From a virus (lineage: Duplodnaviria; Caudoviricetes): a stretch of DNA of 48,686 nt. Below the pieces are notes generated by a model. That model made no database searches, was not told the origin of the DNA, and saw only the letters and a program-made list of their open reading frames with translations. The translations under genes were made by a program, and so were the position numbers. Below, in pieces: positions 36,216 through 44,999 of the stretch. How positions within the stretch are numbered: position 1 is the stretch's first letter; each line of letters opens with the position of its first letter. The DNA lies in the IMG/VR virus record IMGVR_UViG_3300044500_000142, positions 1 through 48,686 of that record, one strand, 5' to 3'.

Positions 36216-36716
36216 ATGACGGCTCTTCTCCTCGCTCTGGCGCTCGCGTTCCTCACGTTCGGGCTCCCGATCATCACGGGCGAGGCGGCTCGGGTCGCTC
36301 GCAAGACGATGGTCGGCGACACGGTCACCACGATCTCCGCGACGACGGCCGGAACGGTGATCTACGACCTGCGCGGCCGCGACAGGGGCATCGCCTTCCG
36401 CGTGGCCGTGGCGGCGATCACCAGCGGCCAGGCGGACACCAACTACTTCAAGCTGACCGTCGTCGGCTCCCACTTGCAGAACGGCGTCTACGCGCCCGTG
36501 CAGGGGCTCATCTCGGAACAGATGATCGCGACGGGCGGCTACCAGCTCCCGCTCTCGACGGTCGCGAACCCCATCGTGATCCCTCGGTTCATCAAGTTCG
36601 TGTGGACCGAGACGGGCGCGATCACCGGCTTCACGGCGACCGTGTTCATGGACTACGACGACGACCCGGCCTCGCCCGGCCGCCAGGTCGCCCCCGGCAC
36701 GTACACGAGCGGCTGA
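36216..36716 (+). CDS. Putative capsid decoration protein 2 (likely paralogue, hydrophobic leader)
   Basis: GGAGG RBS; MTALLLALALAFLTFG leader; PRFIKFVWT parallels KRFVRVTFT. Confidence 0.65.
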   Translation: MTALLLALALAFLTFGLPIITGEAARVARKTMVGDTVTTISATTAGTVIYDLRGRDRGIAFRVAVAAITSGQADTNYFKLTVVGSHLQNGVYAPVQGLISEQMIATGGYQLPLSTVANPIVIPRFIKFVWTETGAITGFTATVFMDYDDDPASPGRQVAPGTYTSG

Positions 36717-36756
36717 TCGCTCCACGGGCACCCACACTTGTTGAAGGGCACCGCGG

Positions 36757-36792
36757 GGGCCCGGGGCCATGCGCTCCGGGCCCGTTTCGTTT
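36757..36792 (+). terminator. Terminator after the head genes
   Basis: GGGCCCGGGGC-CATGC-GCTCCGGGCCC hairpin followed by GTTTCGTTT. Confidence 0.7.
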
Positions 36793-36808
36793 CAGGAGGC
36801 CGCGCGCG

Positions 36809-37591
36809 ATGAACCCGACTCTTGTTGGACAGGACGCTCCCTACGTCGGCTTCACGGTCACGGCGGCGCAGGAGGAGCTCCTCAAGACGCGCGGGCTGAC
36901 GCTCGACGCGACGACGGGCCGCAGCCTCGCGAGCGCCGACGAGCAGGCGGCCGCGCTGCGGTACCTGCGCATGGGGCTCGACGAGTTCCACACGTCGTTC
37001 CCCAACGTCTTCGCGTTCCGCACGTTCGCGGCGACGTGGGTCTCGGGCGACCACTCGGTCGATCTGCCGGCGAACGCGGGGCAGCCTCTCGCGGTCCGCT
37101 ACAACGGCGTGGACCTGCGGCCGCTCTCGCGCGACGACCTCGAGCGGATGCGCCGGCCCACCGACCAGGGCGGCGGGATCCTCGGCGAGGAGTCGGGGAA
37201 GCCGCTGCACTACATCGTGACGGGCTTCTCGAACGCGGGCACGTCGCCGGCGGACTGGCGGCTCGTCGTGCGGCTCTTCCCGACGCCGCAGGGCGCCTTC
37301 GCAGCGCAGGACCTCGAGGTCGATTACGTGGCGCTGGGCGGCGCGCTGACCGTCGTCGCCGACCCGCTGCCGATCTGGCCTGCGCTTCAGACGTGGGTGG
37401 TCCGGCGCGCGCAGGAGATGTGGTGCGGGTCGTGCGGCGACACCGCGTCGATGTCGGTCGCGCAGACCGAGCGCGCGAAGAGCGAGAGCCTCGTCAACGA
37501 TTGGGTGACGGGCTCTCGCGAGCAGCCGCGCCGCGTGCGCTGGCGGCAGCCGAACCCGAGCTCGCGTCGCACGACTCGCTACGGGAAGTGA
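36809..37591 (+). CDS. Head-tail adaptor / tail tubular protein A-like
   Basis: AGGAGG RBS; VDLPAN, GKPLHY, VRLFPTP, VDYVA pattern; position. Confidence 0.7.
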   Translation: MNPTLVGQDAPYVGFTVTAAQEELLKTRGLTLDATTGRSLASADEQAAALRYLRMGLDEFHTSFPNVFAFRTFAATWVSGDHSVDLPANAGQPLAVRYNGVDLRPLSRDDLERMRRPTDQGGGILGEESGKPLHYIVTGFSNAGTSPADWRLVVRLFPTPQGAFAAQDLEVDYVALGGALTVVADPLPIWPALQTWVVRRAQEMWCGSCGDTASMSVAQTERAKSESLVNDWVTGSREQPRRVRWRQPNPSSRRTTRYGK

Positions 37592-37594
37592 CAG

Positions 37595-40558
37595 ATGGCC
37601 GTATCCCCGAGCGACCCCGCCTTCCTCCTCTTCTTCGGCATGGACGAGAGCCTGCCGACCGCGGTGCGGCGCAACGCCGGCAGCCTCGGCTCCGCGCAGG
37701 ACCTCACGGTCTTTCAGTCGTCGGGCTCTGACGGCGCCCCCTCGGTCAGCGACGGCGCCGGCGGGAAGGCGATCGACCTCTTCGTCGCGCGCACCGGCTA
37801 CACGAGCGCGCTGCGGCGGCTCCTCGCGACCGGGATACTCGGCAGCGCGCACACCTGCCGGCCGGCGATCCCGCTGAACCTGGCGGCGGACGACTTCGCC
37901 TTCGGGTGCCGGTTCCAGTGGAAGGGCCTGAACACGGGCGGGGGCGGCAACGAGATCGAGGACGTCTTCTCGCTCGTGGACGTGGTGAACAACACGAAGC
38001 TCTGGGGGATCGGGGTGCTCCCGAACGACCCGACGACGCCGGCCACGGGGACGCTCCGGCTCACGTGCGCCCACGCCGCGTTCGACCAGCTCCCGGTCAG
38101 CGACGCCAACTTCACGGTCACGGGCGGAGCGACGACCAACTACCTCGTGAAAGACCGCTGGTACCGCGTCCTCGTGCGGATCTTCAACAACGGGGCGAAC
38201 AAGTGGCGGGCCAAGGTGTACGTCTACGAGGAGAGCACCGGGACCACGTACACGTTCGCCTTCCCGACTGACAAGACAGTCGATTGGTCGGGCACGGACA
38301 GCAGCCTCACGTACCGCGTGGCGGTCTCGGGCTACTACGACACCGCGAACCCCTACGTGTTCGGGGGCTACGTCGATTGGTGCTTCCTCTTCGACGCGCC
38401 CATGAGCGACGGCGACGCCACGGGGATCGTCGTCGGCGGGATCTCGGTTCCGTGGACCGCTCCGACCTACCGGCGCGCCGATCACGAGGTCCGCGTCTCG
38501 ATGGTCCGCGAGGGCGGCACGTTCCCGAAGCCGCGACTCCTGCCGACGGGCACGCCGGCGGCCGCCGTGGACATCGACGCGCTGTGCAAGCGCGCGCGGC
38601 TCCTCGTCGAGGGCTTCCGCCCGGGCCGCCCGTGGCAGCTTCGCGAGGCGGCGCTCATCTTCGACACCGCGGGCCCCTACTCGAGCAAGAAGGGGTACAC
38701 CGCTCCGCTGAAGAGCCTCGGGCACGGGATGGTCCGCCGCGCGGGGAACCTGCCGGTGGGGACGCCGGAGTTCGTGCGCGACATGGACCCGACGCCCGAG
38801 GGCCCGCGCCGGCGCCGCGGGTACCAGGTCCGCCGCATCGTCTCGACCGAGAGCGACGTCGGCGAGAACGCCTTCCGGTTCTTCCGCACCTACGACGACG
38901 CGCTGCACGGGGTCTACAAGGCCGGCACGAAGCTGTACGCGGAGACCGGCGCGTCCGCGGCGCTGCTCGACGCGGGCCCGTGGAACGTGTACCAGAAGCC
39001 CGTCTTCCTCTTCCTGGGCAACCGGCTCTCGATCCTCACGAAGGACCGGCGCAAGAGCTGGAACGGCGACGTGACCGCGGTGCAGTCGTTCGGCACGATC
39101 GTCCCGCCCCCGTCGTGCACGGCAGCGGTGACCGCCGGCGGCTCGCTGACGGGGGCCTACTACTACGCGGCCACGGAGTACGACCCGCTGACCGGCGACG
39201 AGTCGGCGCCGTTCCTCTCGTCGATCGTGAACCCCGTCGCGCAGGCGGTCGCGCTGACGCTCGGGACGGTCTCGAGCGACACGCGTTTCAGCAAGCGGCG
39301 CATCTACCGCACGACGAACGGGGGCACGGCCCCCGACCTCTTCCTCGTGGCAGAGATCGCGACCGCGACGAGCTACACCGACACCGGGCTCGCGGACGGC
39401 GTGACGCCCGTCGGGCAGGTGACCTCGATCGAGGACGACGGCACGCACACGCTGCTCGGCTACCTGACCGGCCTCGCGCCCGACAACTTCTCGATCGGCT
39501 GCGTGCACATGGAGCGCGGGTTCTACGGCGGAGGCGACACGCACGGCGAGCGGATCTACCCCGGCGAGGCGAACGCGCCGCAGCGCTGGTACGCGGGCGG
39601 CTACCTCACCTGCGACGGCATCGTGCGCGCGATCGCCTCGTACGGCCACCGGCTCGTCGCGTTCACCGACAGCACCGTGGAGCTCTTCGAGAGTGACTGG
39701 ATCCGGGACGCCTCGGGGCAGATGTCGGTCACGCACACCGTCGTCAGCCGGCGGTGCGGCGCGCTCGGGCCGCACGCGGTCGTGAACGCCGAGGCCGGCG
39801 GATTCTTCTGGATGGACCGCCGCGGGATCCACCGCTTCGGCGCGAACGGCCTCCCGGAGAAGCTCTCCGAGGACATCGAGGACCTCTTCCCGTGGATCAA
39901 TCACGGGATCTCCGCGCGGGTCTGCGGCTCCTACAATCACGTGCGCGGGCTCGTGTGCTTCAGCGTCCCGCTCGCGCGCACGGAGTTCCAGCCCGACAAC
40001 AGCCGCTTCCAGACGTGGCTCGTGTGCCACGCGAGCAAGCCGACGGAGTGGTGGACCCGGCAGCTCGAGGCGACGTTCCACGGGCAGTTCGACGACGACC
40101 TAAACGGCTTGCAGTACGGCGTCATGGATCACCTGGGCGTCTTCAAGGTCGCCGAGGGCTACGAGGGCGACGGCGCGCAGGGCAACGAGTCGTACACCAC
40201 CGAGGACGAGGGGACCGACGGGGTCACGAGCCTCGGGATCTCGACGATCGTCGGGCAGGTAATCACCGTCTTCGGCGCGCCCGGCTGGACGGCGAGCGCG
40301 CTGCGCGGCTTCGCGGTCATCTTCCGCGATCGCTCGACCGGGCTTCTCTATCAGCACTTGGTCGCCGACAACGGCACGGCCACGCTGACCGTGATCGGGA
40401 CGCCGTCGGCGCTGCTGGCCGCTCGCGACGGGTGGTTCCTCGGCGCGATCGACGGGCGCTGGCGCATGGCGGAGACGACGCTCGACAGCCCGAACGACAA
40501 GATCATTCGAAAGGCTCGGTTCGAGTTCGGCGACCTCGACGGGGGGCTCTACGCGTGA
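37595..40558 (+). CDS. Tail nozzle / stabilisation protein (tubular B / P22 gp10-like) with N-terminal LamG-like domain
   Basis: 987 aa, beta-rich; propeller-type repeats (RCGALGPHAVV...FFWMDRRGIH...EKLSEDI); N-terminal DRWYRV...FGGYVD..LFDAPMS LamG-like pattern. Confidence 0.7.
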   Translation: MAVSPSDPAFLLFFGMDESLPTAVRRNAGSLGSAQDLTVFQSSGSDGAPSVSDGAGGKAIDLFVARTGYTSALRRLLATGILGSAHTCRPAIPLNLAADDFAFGCRFQWKGLNTGGGGNEIEDVFSLVDVVNNTKLWGIGVLPNDPTTPATGTLRLTCAHAAFDQLPVSDANFTVTGGATTNYLVKDRWYRVLVRIFNNGANKWRAKVYVYEESTGTTYTFAFPTDKTVDWSGTDSSLTYRVAVSGYYDTANPYVFGGYVDWCFLFDAPMSDGDATGIVVGGISVPWTAPTYRRADHEVRVSMVREGGTFPKPRLLPTGTPAAAVDIDALCKRARLLVEGFRPGRPWQLREAALIFDTAGPYSSKKGYTAPLKSLGHGMVRRAGNLPVGTPEFVRDMDPTPEGPRRRRGYQVRRIVSTESDVGENAFRFFRTYDDALHGVYKAGTKLYAETGASAALLDAGPWNVYQKPVFLFLGNRLSILTKDRRKSWNGDVTAVQSFGTIVPPPSCTAAVTAGGSLTGAYYYAATEYDPLTGDESAPFLSSIVNPVAQAVALTLGTVSSDTRFSKRRIYRTTNGGTAPDLFLVAEIATATSYTDTGLADGVTPVGQVTSIEDDGTHTLLGYLTGLAPDNFSIGCVHMERGFYGGGDTHGERIYPGEANAPQRWYAGGYLTCDGIVRAIASYGHRLVAFTDSTVELFESDWIRDASGQMSVTHTVVSRRCGALGPHAVVNAEAGGFFWMDRRGIHRFGANGLPEKLSEDIEDLFPWINHGISARVCGSYNHVRGLVCFSVPLARTEFQPDNSRFQTWLVCHASKPTEWWTRQLEATFHGQFDDDLNGLQYGVMDHLGVFKVAEGYEGDGAQGNESYTTEDEGTDGVTSLGISTIVGQVITVFGAPGWTASALRGFAVIFRDRSTGLLYQHLVADNGTATLTVIGTPSALLAARDGWFLGAIDGRWRMAETTLDSPNDKIIRKARFEFGDLDGGLYA

Positions 40559-40929
40559 GGCTGCGCGACCTCGACGGACAGTTCCTGACGTACGACACCT
40601 GCGCCGGCTGCACGTACCACGCGAAGGCCGGCGTCCACCACCGCTACGTCGCGACGCTCGCCGAGGCTGACGGAGTGCAGTTCCTCTGCCCGAAGTGCTT
40701 TGCGACGAACCGCGGGCCGGTGGGCACGCACTCCGTCTGCTGCTGGTTCGTCGGCAAGGTGCCCGACGACGCGTTCCCCAAGCCCGGACGCTGGATCCCC
40801 AACGGCGCCGGCCTCGACGATCTGACGTTCTCGGGGGCGCAAGGCAAGGGTGCTTCGGTCAATCTCGACATGGGCGACGGGAAGGGCTGCCTGTGGCACG
40901 GCCACGTGAAGAACGGAGAGGCGGCGTGA
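40555..40929 (+). CDS. Cys/His-rich small protein (DUF6527-like)
   Basis: GTGA-coupled; GVQFLCPKC...H...RW..G..LDDLTFS..SV...CLWHGHVKNG. Confidence 0.6.
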   Translation: MRLRDLDGQFLTYDTCAGCTYHAKAGVHHRYVATLAEADGVQFLCPKCFATNRGPVGTHSVCCWFVGKVPDDAFPKPGRWIPNGAGLDDLTFSGAQGKGASVNLDMGDGKGCLWHGHVKNGEAA

Positions 40930-42572
40930 CCTCTCGCGTCCCTATCCCGACGCCCGTGCCCGAGGCCTCGAGCCCCGAGCAGGCGCGGATCATCAATGAA
41001 AACTTCCGGCGCCTGCGCGACGCGATCGACCGCGCGGCGCAGAGCGGAGGCTTGATCGGCCTCGGCACGATCACCCTCGCGATGCTCGCCCCCGACGTGA
41101 AGGCGCTGGTCGGCGACGTCACCGGTACCATCGGCTCGAGCGGCTCGACGACCGTCGGCAAGATCCAGGGCAAGGCCGTCGCGGTTCCCGTCGGCGGCGA
41201 CGACGGGCAGTTCGCCCGCTACAACAGCGGCGCCGGCACGATCACGTGGGAGACGCCGCCGGTGCAGACCTCGGCGCTCCTCGACGGGAGCGTGCACACC
41301 GACACGGTGGCCGCCTCCGTCGCGAAGGGCGCGCTCGTGGTCGGGAACGCGACGCCGAAGTGGGACAAGCTCGCGGTGGGCAGCGACGCCACGGTGCTTC
41401 AGGCCGACTCGGCGCAGACGCTCGGCGTGAAGTGGTCCTCGGTCTCCGCGCTCCTCGACGGCATCGGCTCGACGCGCGGCTCGGTGCTCTACCGCGGCGC
41501 CTCGGGCTGGGCGGAGCTCACGCCCGGCACGGCCGGCAAGTTCCTCGAGTCGCAGGGCGCCGGCCTCGATCCGATCTGGGGCACGGCCGGCGGCGGCGCG
41601 CTGACGTCGCCTCTCACCACGAAGGGAGACATCTGGGGCTTCTCGACCGTGGACGCAGCGATCGCGGTGGGGAGCGACGGCAAGGTGCTCACCGCGGACA
41701 GCACGCAGGCGCTCGGCGTGAAGTGGGCCACGATCCCCGCGAGCACGAACGCGCTGCTGGACGGGTCCGCGCACACGGACACCGCGGCCGGGACCGTGGT
41801 GCGCGGCGACGTGATCGTCGGCAACAGCACGCCGAAGTGGGCGCGGCTCGCGCTCGGCACCGTCGGCCGCGTGCTCCGTTCGGATGGGACGGACTCGTTG
41901 TGGGCGCGGCCCGGCTACCTCGTCCGCCGCTGCCTCGTGTACCAGCTCTCGCTCGGCGGCGGCAGCGCCGTGACCGGCGGCGGGATCCTCGGCTCGACGA
42001 ACCAGGGCGGCACCGAGGCGGACGCGGCGGAGTCGGGCGCCGGCACGCGCTACTGCAACAAATACACGCAGGCGGTCAGCGCGGGCAAGACCGGGCGCGC
42101 GATCACGTCCGCGACCATGAAGGCCGAGCGCAGCCCGGCGATGGCTTTCGACTTCAAGATCGTCGCGATCGACTCGGGCACCGGCAGGATGCACTTCTTC
42201 GGGGGCTTCTCCGGGGCTTCGATCTTCAGCGACAACACGGCCACGAGCCCCTCGCGCGTCGGCATCAAGTGGACCGACGGCACGGACACGAACCTTCAGC
42301 TTCTCACCTGCAACGCGACCGCCGTCACGAGCGCGAGCACCGGGATCGCCAAGGACACGGCCTGGCACGACTGCCTGCTCTGGACACCCGACAACGGGAC
42401 CACGTGGAATCTCGAGATCGACGGCGTGCTCACGAACAGCACGACGACCAACGTGCCCGTGACGACCACGACGTTGCAGGCCGGCGTAGGCTTCCGCTGC
42501 GTCGGCACCGCGACCGTCACGACGCCCGAGATCCACAACTCGTATCAGCACGCTTGGGAGGGCCCGCTGTGA
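40926..42572 (+). CDS. Tail fibre / receptor-binding protein
   Basis: INENFRRL N-terminus; repeated KGxxxVG..PKW..LAVG.D..VL.AD...GVKW shaft units; beta-rich C-terminal head. Confidence 0.8.
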   Translation: MTSRVPIPTPVPEASSPEQARIINENFRRLRDAIDRAAQSGGLIGLGTITLAMLAPDVKALVGDVTGTIGSSGSTTVGKIQGKAVAVPVGGDDGQFARYNSGAGTITWETPPVQTSALLDGSVHTDTVAASVAKGALVVGNATPKWDKLAVGSDATVLQADSAQTLGVKWSSVSALLDGIGSTRGSVLYRGASGWAELTPGTAGKFLESQGAGLDPIWGTAGGGALTSPLTTKGDIWGFSTVDAAIAVGSDGKVLTADSTQALGVKWATIPASTNALLDGSAHTDTAAGTVVRGDVIVGNSTPKWARLALGTVGRVLRSDGTDSLWARPGYLVRRCLVYQLSLGGGSAVTGGGILGSTNQGGTEADAAESGAGTRYCNKYTQAVSAGKTGRAITSATMKAERSPAMAFDFKIVAIDSGTGRMHFFGGFSGASIFSDNTATSPSRVGIKWTDGTDTNLQLLTCNATAVTSASTGIAKDTAWHDCLLWTPDNGTTWNLEIDGVLTNSTTTNVPVTTTTLQAGVGFRCVGTATVTTPEIHNSYQHAWEGPL

Positions 42573-42853
42573 ACGACGCTCCGATCGCACCGAAGATGCC
42601 GCAGGCCGTGGCGTCCGAGATCACCGGACTCCGCGAGGTCAACGACGTGCTGCGGATGCGCGTCGCCGAGCTCGAGGCGAAGACCCACCGCCAGCAGGCG
42701 CAGGCCCAAGAGATCGTCGCCCGGCTCATGTCCGAGCAGGTTGAGCTTCGGCTCGCGCTCGCCCGGTACGTGAACGCCGACGCCGAGGCCGCCGACCGGC
42801 GCGTCGAGGCCCTTCGGGAGAAGAAGGCTGCCCAGACGACCGGCAAGGGGTAG
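42569..42853 (+). CDS. Small coiled-coil protein (possible fibre chaperone)
   Basis: GTGA-coupled to the fibre; heptad pattern. Confidence 0.55.
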   Translation: MNDAPIAPKMPQAVASEITGLREVNDVLRMRVAELEAKTHRQQAQAQEIVARLMSEQVELRLALARYVNADAEAADRRVEALREKKAAQTTGKG

Positions 42854-42873
42854 GATTCGCCCCGGAGTCGCTG

Positions 42874-44127
42874 ATGCCCACGGCCGCTGACTACCTCGCT
42901 TCCACCACCGGCGCCGAGGCGAAGCGCAGCCAGTTCGCCAGCCAGCTCTCCGGCGCGAAGTTCGAGCGCGGGGGCGTGACGATCGGCGGCACGTTCATGG
43001 GCATGGAGGCGTACGGCCGGATGGTCTCGACGATGGCCCAGCAGGCGGGCCTCTCGCAGGACGACATCGCGAGCGTGCTCCGAGACCAGAACGTCGGCTT
43101 CGCCATCAGCGAGGACGGAAGCGTCCACATCTCAGGGCCCAACGGAGCGCCCGGCCAGCCCGCGGCCGGCGGCGCGCCCGCGCCCACCGTGTCGGCCGCC
43201 GCGCCCGCTGGCGGCAGCGCATCGGTCAGCAGCGGCGCAGGCGGCGCCGGCGGTGGCGCCGGAGGCGGCACGAGCAGCTCGGGCGGTCGCGCGGTCGCGC
43301 CCGGCGGCGGCTGGTTCGGCAGCAGCGGCGGGAACGTCAACGGCGGCTCGACGGTCACGCTGCCCGGCGGCGGCTCGACGCAGTTCACGAACCCCTTCGA
43401 CCCGACGAAGCCGCTCGGCCTCGACCCGAGCAAGTTCCCCGGCACGCCCGTCGGCGGCTCGCCGCAGTTCCGCTCGGGCACCTTCCCGTCCGCCGGCGAC
43501 CCGTTCGCTGGCATCGACAAGAACAGCAGCGCGCAGGACGTCGCGATGGCGCTCGCGAAGAAGCAGTACGCGAACCAGCAGGCGTCGCTCGGGATCTACG
43601 GCGGCCTCTACGACGCGCAGGGCTCGGACCCGTCCCTTCAGGGCGCGCGCGGTCTCGCCGGCCAGCTCGCGGCGAACCCCTTCAGCCTCGACGACGTCAC
43701 GAAGAGCCGGATCGCCGGCCGGTCGATCGACCAGATCGGGCAGCGCGCAGGCCTCCTTCAGACGCAGGCCGCGGACCGCGCGGCGGCCTCTGGGACCTCC
43801 CGCGGCGGCGGCGCCGAGGACGCGGCCTACCGCATCCAGCAGAATGCCGCGAACCAGGCGGGCGGCGTCGAACGCGGCCTCGACATCGAGCAGGCGACGC
43901 GCCGGCCCGGCGAGCTCGCGAGCGCTCTCGGCGCCGTCGGGCAGTTCGGCTTGAACGACGTCGGGCAGAAGGTGGGCATCGGCCGCGGCGCGGCGGACAA
44001 CGTGCTCGGGCAGACCTCGATCCTCGGGGACGCGCTCCTCACCGGCCCGCTCCTCGCCGGCGGCGCGCAGCCGCAGGTCAAGGTCGCGACCCCGTGGCAG
44101 GGCTACAACCTCGGACCCACGTACTGA
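42874..44127 (+). CDS. Putative internal virion / DNA ejection protein 1
   Basis: Gly/Ala/Gln/Ser-rich, no Cys; first of three genes after the tail module. Confidence 0.65.
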   Translation: MPTAADYLASTTGAEAKRSQFASQLSGAKFERGGVTIGGTFMGMEAYGRMVSTMAQQAGLSQDDIASVLRDQNVGFAISEDGSVHISGPNGAPGQPAAGGAPAPTVSAAAPAGGSASVSSGAGGAGGGAGGGTSSSGGRAVAPGGGWFGSSGGNVNGGSTVTLPGGGSTQFTNPFDPTKPLGLDPSKFPGTPVGGSPQFRSGTFPSAGDPFAGIDKNSSAQDVAMALAKKQYANQQASLGIYGGLYDAQGSDPSLQGARGLAGQLAANPFSLDDVTKSRIAGRSIDQIGQRAGLLQTQAADRAAASGTSRGGGAEDAAYRIQQNAANQAGGVERGLDIEQATRRPGELASALGAVGQFGLNDVGQKVGIGRGAADNVLGQTSILGDALLTGPLLAGGAQPQVKVATPWQGYNLGPTY

Positions 44128-44996
44128 TGCCCTACGAAATCGGCAAGGTCTTCAGCGATGCGGTCCTCTCGCAGATCGACCGGGCGCGAGAGCGCCGGCT
44201 CGGCAGCGGCGGCAGCATCACGCGCGGCCCGCGCGGGCAGGGCGGAGGCGGCAGCAGCCCCACCGTCGAGGCTGCGCGCATCCGTTCGGCGAACGACGAG
44301 GCCGATCGCGCGTCGCGCGAGAAGATCGCGGGGATGAACGACGAGGGGAAGTCCTCTCGCGCGGCCGCGTCGCTCGATGTCCGCAAGGGCGCCGCGGACT
44401 CGACCGCGCGCCACCAGCAGCGGTCCGACGCGCTGCGCGCGGCCGCCGAGCTCTTCGACGAGCAGTTCAAGCGCGTCCGCACCGGCGTCGAGGGGGCCGA
44501 CCTCCTGCGGAAGATGTACGCGACGGCGTACGCCAAGGACCCCTACGGCCGGACGGACCCGGAGCTCGTGCGGCAGGTCGGCGACCTGATTCGCTGGGCG
44601 AAGCAGCAGCTCGCGAGTCCCGTCGAGAAGGGCGGCCTCGCGCTGCCGACGACCGGGCCCGGCGGCATCGACGAGGCGTATGCGAAGCTCGGCGGCGACG
44701 GGGCCGCGCAGCCGGCCCCCGTCGTCCGTGACGGCGGCCGCGTCCCTGGGACGGCGCGCCCGTCGGAGGCCGAGCTCCTTCAGCAGCGCAGCGCCGCCGC
44801 GGCGAAGTACCCGACGGACAAGCCCTTCCCCGAGGGGATGCCCAAGGGGGAGTACGCGCGCCAGCCCGACGGCTCGTGGGGCCCCATGGCGCCGGACCCC
44901 GCGGTGCGCGACGCGGGCGCGGCGATGGCGGAGCCTGGCGTCGCCGACGACTCGTGGACGAAGGAGCTCGAGACGCCCCCGGGCGTGCCGAGGTAG
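44127..44996 (+). CDS. Putative internal virion / DNA ejection protein 2
   Basis: TGATG-coupled; helical, Ala/Arg/Gly-rich. Confidence 0.65.
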   Translation: MPYEIGKVFSDAVLSQIDRARERRLGSGGSITRGPRGQGGGGSSPTVEAARIRSANDEADRASREKIAGMNDEGKSSRAAASLDVRKGAADSTARHQQRSDALRAAAELFDEQFKRVRTGVEGADLLRKMYATAYAKDPYGRTDPELVRQVGDLIRWAKQQLASPVEKGGLALPTTGPGGIDEAYAKLGGDGAAQPAPVVRDGGRVPGTARPSEAELLQQRSAAAAKYPTDKPFPEGMPKGEYARQPDGSWGPMAPDPAVRDAGAAMAEPGVADDSWTKELETPPGVPR

Positions 44997-44999
44997 GCC

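Noticed and set aside
40926-42572. Diversity-generating retroelement targeting the fibre
   Set aside because: No reverse transcriptase, and no template/variable repeat pair differing only at adenines.
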